Assembly: GCA_020054105.1 (NCBI GenBank)
Contig: JAGVLW010000107.1
Location: 4,645 to 68,644, forward strand
Direction of reading: 5' to 3'
DNA length: 64,000 nt
Source of the DNA: Alphaproteobacteria bacterium
Lineage (GTDB): Bacteria; Pseudomonadota; Alphaproteobacteria; Rickettsiales; SXRF01
Below the pieces are notes generated by a model. It did not search any database. It saw nothing but the letters and a program-made list of their open reading frames with translations, and had not been told where the DNA came from. The position numbers and the translations under genes are program-made. Below are positions 56,906-64,000 of the stretch, piece by piece. Within the stretch, counting starts at the first letter, position 1; every line of letters begins with the position of its first letter.

Positions 56906-56919
<14 letters not shown>
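55021..56919 (+). CDS. CapD/WbpM/PglF-like membrane-anchored NDP-sugar 4,6-dehydratase/epimerase
   Basis: Four N-terminal TM helices, [14 protein letters not shown] Rossmann motif, [17 protein letters not shown] catalytic region, and a [13 protein letters not shown] motif. Confidence 0.85.
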
Positions 56920-58477
<1,558 letters not shown>

Positions 58478-58484
58478 GAATAAA

Positions 58485-61400
58485 TTAAACCGTCCGCACC
58501 ACGCGTAGCGCCACCATCAGCTTGGCGACGTCGTGGCTTTCGCCGGTCTTGATGTCGCCCATGCTGTGGTCGAAGCGCGCCAGGCTGTCGGCATGGGCTT
58601 GCGTCCATTTGGCGACGTCGGCGACGTCGCCCAGAATCGCCAGCGTCAAGCGCCGCTGCTCGTCATAGGCGTCGTGGATGATCGCCTGCACGGCGAGGCG
58701 CTCCCAATGGGTATTGGTCGGTGATTGTGCAGCCTTTTCGCGCAGCCAGTCGAGCGAGAAACGCTCACCGGTTTCGAAATACAGCTTGCCGGCCTGGCGC
58801 AGCGGCGTCTTGCCTTTCCCCGCCACCGCGATGATGTCCAGCGCGCCGGCCATGATGTCCAGCGCGGTGATTTTTTCCGCCAGCGCCTCGGGCACGTCCT
58901 GCGATGTGAGCTGCTCCATCTGCTCAAGCTGGCGGCTGCGAATCAGGGCGGTGGGCAGCGAGGCTTTGAACCCGTCAATATCGGCGATGGCCGGCACGAT
59001 TTCCTTGCTGATCTTATCGAGATTGAGCGGTCGCGGCAGGTTGCGCAGCAGCCACACGCAGGCGCGCTCCAGGAAACGGTTGATGCGCACGATCAACTCC
59101 ACCTGCGCCTGCGCGCTGACGACGCCTTCGAGCGCTTCGATGTCTTTCCACAGGCCGCGCAGGCCGAATGCATCGCGCGCAATCGTGTACGCCGCCACCA
59201 CGTCGCGGGCGGAGGCGTTCATGTCCTGCGCAAGGTCGTTGAAAAACGTGATGCCGACGCGGTTAACTATGCTGTTGGTGGCGACCGTGGCGATGATCTC
59301 GCGCTTGAGGCGGTGGCCGGCGATGGAATCGGCGAAGTCGTCTTGCATGACATGCGGGAAATAACGCTTGAGGTCGGCGATGAAATAGGCCTCGTCGGGC
59401 AGCGTCGATTCCAGCAGCTGCCTGTAAAGCTCCATCTTGCTGTAGGAAAGCAGCACGGCGATTTCCGGCCGGGTCAAGCCTCTTTTGGCGGCGATCATGT
59501 CGGCGATCTGCTTGTCGGCCGGCAGGAACTCGATGGCGCGGTCGAGCAGCCCGGTGCGCTCGAGCGTATGCATCAGCCGCTGCTGCGATTCGAGCAGCGT
59601 AGCACCTTGCAGCTGCGCGATGGTGATGGCCTGCGTCTGGAGGATATTGTCCTTGAGCACGAGGCGCGCCACCTCGTCGGTCATTGCCGCCAGCAGCTTG
59701 TCGCGCTCCTTCATGGGCAGCTTGCCCGACGCCGCCAGCGGGCTCAGGGCGATCTTGATGTTGACCTCATGGTCGGAGCAATCGACGCCCGCCGAATTGT
59801 CGATGGCGTCGGTATTGATGCGTCCGTTATTGCGTGCATATTCGATGCGGCCTTTTTGCGTAAAGCCGAGATTGCCGCCTTCGCCGACCACCTTGCAGCG
59901 TAGATCCTTGCCGCCCACGCGCAGCGTGTTATTGGCGCGGTCGCCGACCTGGTCGTGGGTTTCGTCCTCGGCCTTCACATAGGTGCCGATGCCGCCGTTC
60001 CACAGCAAATCCACCGGCGCCAGCAAAATGGCGCGGATCAGCTCGTCGGGCGTGTGTCTGGCTTTACTCACGCCCAGCGCCGCCTGCGCTTCCTTGGAAA
60101 GCTCGATGGTTTTGGCGCTGCGCTCATAGATGCCGCCGCCCTTGGAGATGAGCTTCTCGTCGTAATCCTTCCAGCTCGAGCGCGGCAGGCGGAAGAGGCG
60201 CTTGCGCTCCTCGAAGCCGTGTTTCGCATCCGGGCTGGGATCGATGAAAATATGCAGATGGTTGAAGGCGGCGACCAGGCGGATATGTTTCGACAGCAGC
60301 ATGCCGTTGCCGAACACGTCGCCGGCCATGTCGCCGATGCCCGCCACCGTGAAATCCTCCTTGCCGATATCCACACCCATCTCGCGGAAATGCCGCACGA
60401 CCGACACCCAGCCGCCGCGCGCGGTGATCGCCATTTCCTTATGGTCGTAACCGACCGAGCCGCCGGAAGCGAACGCATCGCCCAGCCAGAAGCCGTAATC
60501 GGCGGAGACGCCGTTGGCGATGTCGGAGAAGCTTGCCGTGCCTTTATCGGCGGCGACCACCAGGTAGGGGTCGTCCTCGTCGTGGCGCACCACCTGCGCC
60601 GGCGGCGTGATTTTCCCGGCGACGATGTTGTCGGTGATGTCGAGCAGGCCGGAGAGATAGAGCTTGTAGCAGGCAATGCCCTCTTCCAGGAACGCCTCGC
60701 GCGAAGCGGTCGGGGTTTTGACCACGAAGCCGCCCTTGGAGCCGACCGGCACGATCACCGAATTCTTGACCATCTGCGCCTTCATCAGCCCGAGCACTTC
60801 GGTGCGAAAATCGTCGTGGCGGTCCGACCAGCGCAGCCCGCCGCGCGCGACTTTGCCGCCGCGCAGATGGATGCCCTCGACGCGCGGGCTGTAGACAAAA
60901 ATCTCGGCGTAGGGCACCGGCTTGGGCAGGTCGGGCACCTGGTGCGAATTGAACTTGAAGGAGATCACCGGCTTGCATTCGCCGTCTTCGCGGCATTGGA
61001 AATAGTTGGTGCGCAGGCTGGCATGAATCACTTCGACATAGCGGCGCAAGATGCGGTCTTCGCTGGCGTTGCTGACCTCGGCAAGCTGTTCCTCAAATTT
61101 TGCCTGCAGTTTTTTGGTCTTGGCGTCGCGGTCTTTTTCCTGAACATCAAACCGCGCCGCAAACAGCGCGACGATGGTGCGCGCGATGTCGGGATGCTGG
61201 TTGAAGGCCTGCTCGATGCTCGTCTGGCCCTGGGAAAACCCGGCCTGCTTCAAATATTTCGCATAGGCGCGCAGCATGGTCACCTGCCGCCAATTAAGCT
61301 GGGCTTTGAGCGCTAAGGCGTTGAAGCGGTCGTTTTCCACTTCGCGATGCCAGACTTTGAGCAGCAGCTCTTCGATCAGCGCCTTGACCGGCTCCAGCGC

Positions 61401-63239
61401 CACCGCCTGGCCGCCCGAGCTTTCCAGCTTGAAATCGCGGATCCACACGCGCGCACCGTCATGCTGGGTAATAAGAAACGGATGCTCTTCCATCGCCCTA
61501 AAGCCGGCATTTTCCAGCATGGGCAAAATGTCGGAGATGGCGATCTCTTCCTTGGGATTGTAAATCTTCAGATGCACGCAGCAATCCGCCTCGCCCTTGA
61601 TGCGAAACAGCTCCAGCGCGAGGCTGCCGGCGCGCGTGGCCTCCTCGATTTTTTCGATATCGTAGACGGCGGCACCGGCATTGTAATGGTTGATGTAATG
61701 CTGCGGAAAGGCGGTGCCGTAGACGCGCTGCACCTGCTCCGCCTTATGCTCGCCGTATTTGATGAGCAGCTCCTCGAACAGCAGGTCGCTCCACAGATAG
61801 GCGCGCTTGGCGATTTCCTTTTCGACCGCGGCGACGTCCACCGACGGAATATCGCCGGGCGTGGTTTTGATGATGAGATGCAGCCGCGCCAACGGCGCTT
61901 CGGTGATCTGCGTGGAGAATGCCGAGGCGCTGCCGTTATATACCTGCTCGGTGATCTGCTGGATCTGATGGCGCAGATCGGTGGAGAACTGCTCCCTGGG
62001 CACGAACACCATGCAGCTGACGAAGCGCTCGAACCCGTCACGGCGCACGAACATGCGCACGCCCGGCTTGGCTTCGAGCGCCAAGATGCCCATGCTGGTC
62101 TCGAACAGCTCGTCCGTCGACATCTGGAAAATCTCGTCGCGCGGCAAAAATTCCAGGATGGTTTTCAGCGATTTGCCGTCATGGCTCGCCGGATCGAAAT
62201 TCGAACGCTCCAGCACCTGCGCCACTTTGTGGCGCACCAGCGGAATGCCTTCGGTGCTCTGGTAATAGACGTTGGAGGTGAACAGGCCGAGCAGGCGCAG
62301 CTCGCCGGTGACCTTGCCTTTCGCGTCGGTGCGCTTGAGCGCGATGTAATCCATCGGCACCGGGCGGTGCACGGCGCTGCGCCGGCTCGATTTGGTAATC
62401 TCGATCAGCGGGCTCGCCAGAAGCTGATCGAGATTTTGCAGCGTGTTTTCCTCGGTGATTTTCGTAATGCCCAGGCGTGAGGCCGGCAAGGCATGAACCG
62501 ATTCGCGATGTTTGGCATCGTAAAAATCATATTCGCTGTAACCGAGAAACACGAAATTGCGCGCGCTCAGCCAACGCAGGAAATGCCCGACTTCCGCCAC
62601 CGTTTCCTTATCGAAGGTTTTTTTCGCCGGCTCGAGCTGGTCGATATAGGTGTTGATTTTTTTGACGATGGCCTGCCAGTCGGCGACGCAGGTGCGGATA
62701 TGCGAAAGCACCCATTCCAGGTCGGTCTGCAACTGCTCGGCCGGCAGGCTGTCCGGCAGGGCAGAGATCTCGAAATGGATGAGCGATTCGTTGTGGCCCG
62801 GCGCTTTTTTATCGCTACCGGAAGTCAGCGACGTCAGCACGCCTTTCTTATCGCGCACGACGCGGAAAATCGGGTGGAGGGTCTCGCGGATGGCAAGGCC
62901 GTGGCGCATCAGCTCGTTGGTCAGCGAATCGACCAGAAACGGCATGTCGGTGTTGAGCAGCTCGACTACCGTGTATTTGCCGTCATAGCCGTGGTCTTTT
63001 TTCGTCGGGGTGAAAATGCGTATCCTGGGCGCGTCGCCGTCGCGCTTCTGCATGAACTCGAACGCCGAAAGCGCCAGCTCCACCGCCTGTTTTGGCTCCA
63101 TGCGCTCCAGGTCGGGCACCGGCATTTTGGCGTAAAATTCCTGGATGAAGGCATGCGCCACGTCACCGGCCTCGCGCGGGCGGGCGGCCAGGATTTTATC
63201 CATTTGGCTGGCGTGATGTTGCTTATAGGCAATTTTCAT
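58485..63239 (-). CDS. gdhB: NAD-specific glutamate dehydrogenase, giant (~180 kDa) class
   Basis: 1584-aa ORF. The central catalytic region (RGGLRWSDRHDDFRTEVLGLMKAQMVKNSVIVPVGSKGGF, VVAADKGTA, GGSVGYDHK) is typical of the 1600-aa NAD-GDH family. Confidence 0.92.
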   Translation of the reverse strand: MKIAYKQHHASQMDKILAARPREAGDVAHAFIQEFYAKMPVPDLERMEPKQAVELALSAFEFMQKRDGDAPRIRIFTPTKKDHGYDGKYTVVELLNTDMPFLVDSLTNELMRHGLAIRETLHPIFRVVRDKKGVLTSLTSGSDKKAPGHNESLIHFEISALPDSLPAEQLQTDLEWVLSHIRTCVADWQAIVKKINTYIDQLEPAKKTFDKETVAEVGHFLRWLSARNFVFLGYSEYDFYDAKHRESVHALPASRLGITKITEENTLQNLDQLLASPLIEITKSSRRSAVHRPVPMDYIALKRTDAKGKVTGELRLLGLFTSNVYYQSTEGIPLVRHKVAQVLERSNFDPASHDGKSLKTILEFLPRDEIFQMSTDELFETSMGILALEAKPGVRMFVRRDGFERFVSCMVFVPREQFSTDLRHQIQQITEQVYNGSASAFSTQITEAPLARLHLIIKTTPGDIPSVDVAAVEKEIAKRAYLWSDLLFEELLIKYGEHKAEQVQRVYGTAFPQHYINHYNAGAAVYDIEKIEEATRAGSLALELFRIKGEADCCVHLKIYNPKEEIAISDILPMLENAGFRAMEEHPFLITQHDGARVWIRDFKLESSGGQAVALEPVKALIEELLLKVWHREVENDRFNALALKAQLNWRQVTMLRAYAKYLKQAGFSQGQTSIEQAFNQHPDIARTIVALFAARFDVQEKDRDAKTKKLQAKFEEQLAEVSNASEDRILRRYVEVIHASLRTNYFQCREDGECKPVISFKFNSHQVPDLPKPVPYAEIFVYSPRVEGIHLRGGKVARGGLRWSDRHDDFRTEVLGLMKAQMVKNSVIVPVGSKGGFVVKTPTASREAFLEEGIACYKLYLSGLLDITDNIVAGKITPPAQVVRHDEDDPYLVVAADKGTASFSDIANGVSADYGFWLGDAFASGGSVGYDHKEMAITARGGWVSVVRHFREMGVDIGKEDFTVAGIGDMAGDVFGNGMLLSKHIRLVAAFNHLHIFIDPSPDAKHGFEERKRLFRLPRSSWKDYDEKLISKGGGIYERSAKTIELSKEAQAALGVSKARHTPDELIRAILLAPVDLLWNGGIGTYVKAEDETHDQVGDRANNTLRVGGKDLRCKVVGEGGNLGFTQKGRIEYARNNGRINTDAIDNSAGVDCSDHEVNIKIALSPLAASGKLPMKERDKLLAAMTDEVARLVLKDNILQTQAITIAQLQGATLLESQQRLMHTLERTGLLDRAIEFLPADKQIADMIAAKRGLTRPEIAVLLSYSKMELYRQLLESTLPDEAYFIADLKRYFPHVMQDDFADSIAGHRLKREIIATVATNSIVNRVGITFFNDLAQDMNASARDVVAAYTIARDAFGLRGLWKDIEALEGVVSAQAQVELIVRINRFLERACVWLLRNLPRPLNLDKISKEIVPAIADIDGFKASLPTALIRSRQLEQMEQLTSQDVPEALAEKITALDIMAGALDIIAVAGKGKTPLRQAGKLYFETGERFSLDWLREKAAQSPTNTHWERLAVQAIIHDAYDEQRRLTLAILGDVADVAKWTQAHADSLARFDHSMGDIKTGESHDVAKLMVALRVVRTV

Positions 63240-63274
63240 GATGGTTCTCTTGAAATATTAGCTATGATACCGTT

Positions 63275-64000
63275 ATGATTACCATTAGTTTTTCACAATA
63301 TCTAGCCCCATGCTGCGCCATCGCCAAAGAGGCGGGCGAGATCATCATGGGCTATTTTCCCGGCGATTTTGCAACGCAGCATAAAGCCGACGAAAGCCCG
63401 GTCACCGACGCCGATATCGCCGCCAACCGCTATATTACCCAGGCGCTGGCGGCGCTTACGCCGATGATTCCCGTGATCGCCGAGGAGGACGAGGTGCCAA
63501 GCGGCGGCGGCCACGCGCTGTTCTGGCTGGTCGATCCGCTCGACGGCACCCGCGCCTTTGTGAGGGGCGAGCCGGAATTTACCGTCAATATCGGGCTGAT
63601 CAAAAACCATATCCCGGTGCTCGGGGTGATCTACGCGCCGCCGCAGCAATTGCTGTATTATGCCAGCGCCGGCAAAGGCGCTTTCCGCAGCGAAGGCTTA
63701 GCGCCGCCGGAGGCGATCCATGTGCGCGTGCCTTCCGAGGATGGGCTGGTGGTGGTGAAAAGCAAATCGCATCCCTCGCCGGCAACGCAGGAATTTTTAA
63801 ACACGCTTCCCATCAAGCAGATGGTCGCCGGCTCGAGCTCGATCAAATTCTGCCAGGTAGCCGAAGGCAGCGCCGATCTCTATCCGCGCTTCGGACGCAC
63901 GATGGAGTGGGACACCGCCGCCGGGCATGCGATTTTAAGCGAGGCGGGCGGGCGCGTGGAAACCGCCGACGGCAAGCCGTTCCTCTACGGCAAGCCCGGC
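63275..64000 (+). CDS. cysQ: 3'(2'),5'-bisphosphate nucleotidase CysQ (inositol monophosphatase family; 3' end off window)
   Basis: My own translation from ATG 63275 is open to the window end, so it is absent from the track. It reads ...HKADESPVTDADIAANRYI...IAEED...FWLVDPLDGTRAFV...MEWDTAAGHAIL, the IMPase/CysQ motifs. Confidence 0.8.
   Translation, partial: MITISFSQYLAPCCAIAKEAGEIIMGYFPGDFATQHKADESPVTDADIAANRYITQALAALTPMIPVIAEEDEVPSGGGHALFWLVDPLDGTRAFVRGEPEFTVNIGLIKNHIPVLGVIYAPPQQLLYYASAGKGAFRSEGLAPPEAIHVRVPSEDGLVVVKSKSHPSPATQEFLNTLPIKQMVAGSSSIKFCQVAEGSADLYPRFGRTMEWDTAAGHAILSEAGGRVETADGKPFLYGKPG

Noticed and set aside
58725-63278. Chain of long plus-strand ORFs (392, 453, 377 and 261 aa) antisense to the giant glutamate dehydrogenase gene.
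   Set aside because: They tile the opposite strand of a 1584-aa gene with unmistakable NAD-GDH motifs. They are Arg/Ala/Gly-rich with no motifs, which is the typical shadow-ORF pattern of high-GC DNA. Antisense ORFs of this gene family are a known source of mis-annotation.

Overview
This is a dense, high-GC chromosomal segment (roughly 60% by eye) with alphaproteobacterium-type gene content and synteny. All functions were assigned from motifs I recognise in the translations; no database search was possible.

Gene order:
- ampG (partial), a PfkB kinase, kdsB, a membrane-anchored cytochrome c and an nfeD-SPFH pair
- the yejABEF peptide ABC importer, then two orphan ORFs
- mnmE, an AT-rich orphan, then mnmG-rsmG-parA-parB and another orphan
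- holA-lptE-leuS, a DUF3576 lipoprotein, a porin and yggS
- a disrupted F1 ATP synthase operon (atpH-atpA-orf145-atpG-orf343-atpD-atpC-orf126), then two orphans
- priA, transaldolase, DUF484-xerC and a dockerin-repeat protein
- tRNA-Arg(CCG) followed by an AT-rich islet with two tandem VirB2/TrbC-type pilin genes
- PEBP, Nfu/NifU, secF with a foreign-looking tail, DUF3800, maoC, ribF, lspA and a BamF-like lipoprotein
- two M16 peptidases, pgi, mutL, GT4 plus a CapD-like gene, purH, a giant NAD-glutamate dehydrogenase and cysQ (partial)

The outstanding signal is about 25 copies of short AT-richer elements. Each is built from tandem 7-nt or 8-nt units, usually arranged as inverted arrays that form hairpins, and they fall into five sequence families. 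They sit inside or exactly at the edges of essential genes: five in leuS, two in atpG, three in priA, two in mnmE, and others in mnmG, yggS, kdsB, yejA/E and lptE. They stay in frame, are always read in the same frame per family, and carry stop-avoiding substitutions. Several donate stop codons, N-termini or a signal peptide.

Secondary signals:
- invasion of the F1 operon by foreign ORFs, and an epsilon subunit lacking its C-terminal domain
- orphan duplicated virB2 genes with a covarying structured leader
- G-quadruplex-prone inserts in mnmG and priA
- an AT-rich patch covering rsmG
- a chimeric SecF C-terminus next to a DUF3800 gene
- a T10 tract that puts maoC out of frame with its only ATG
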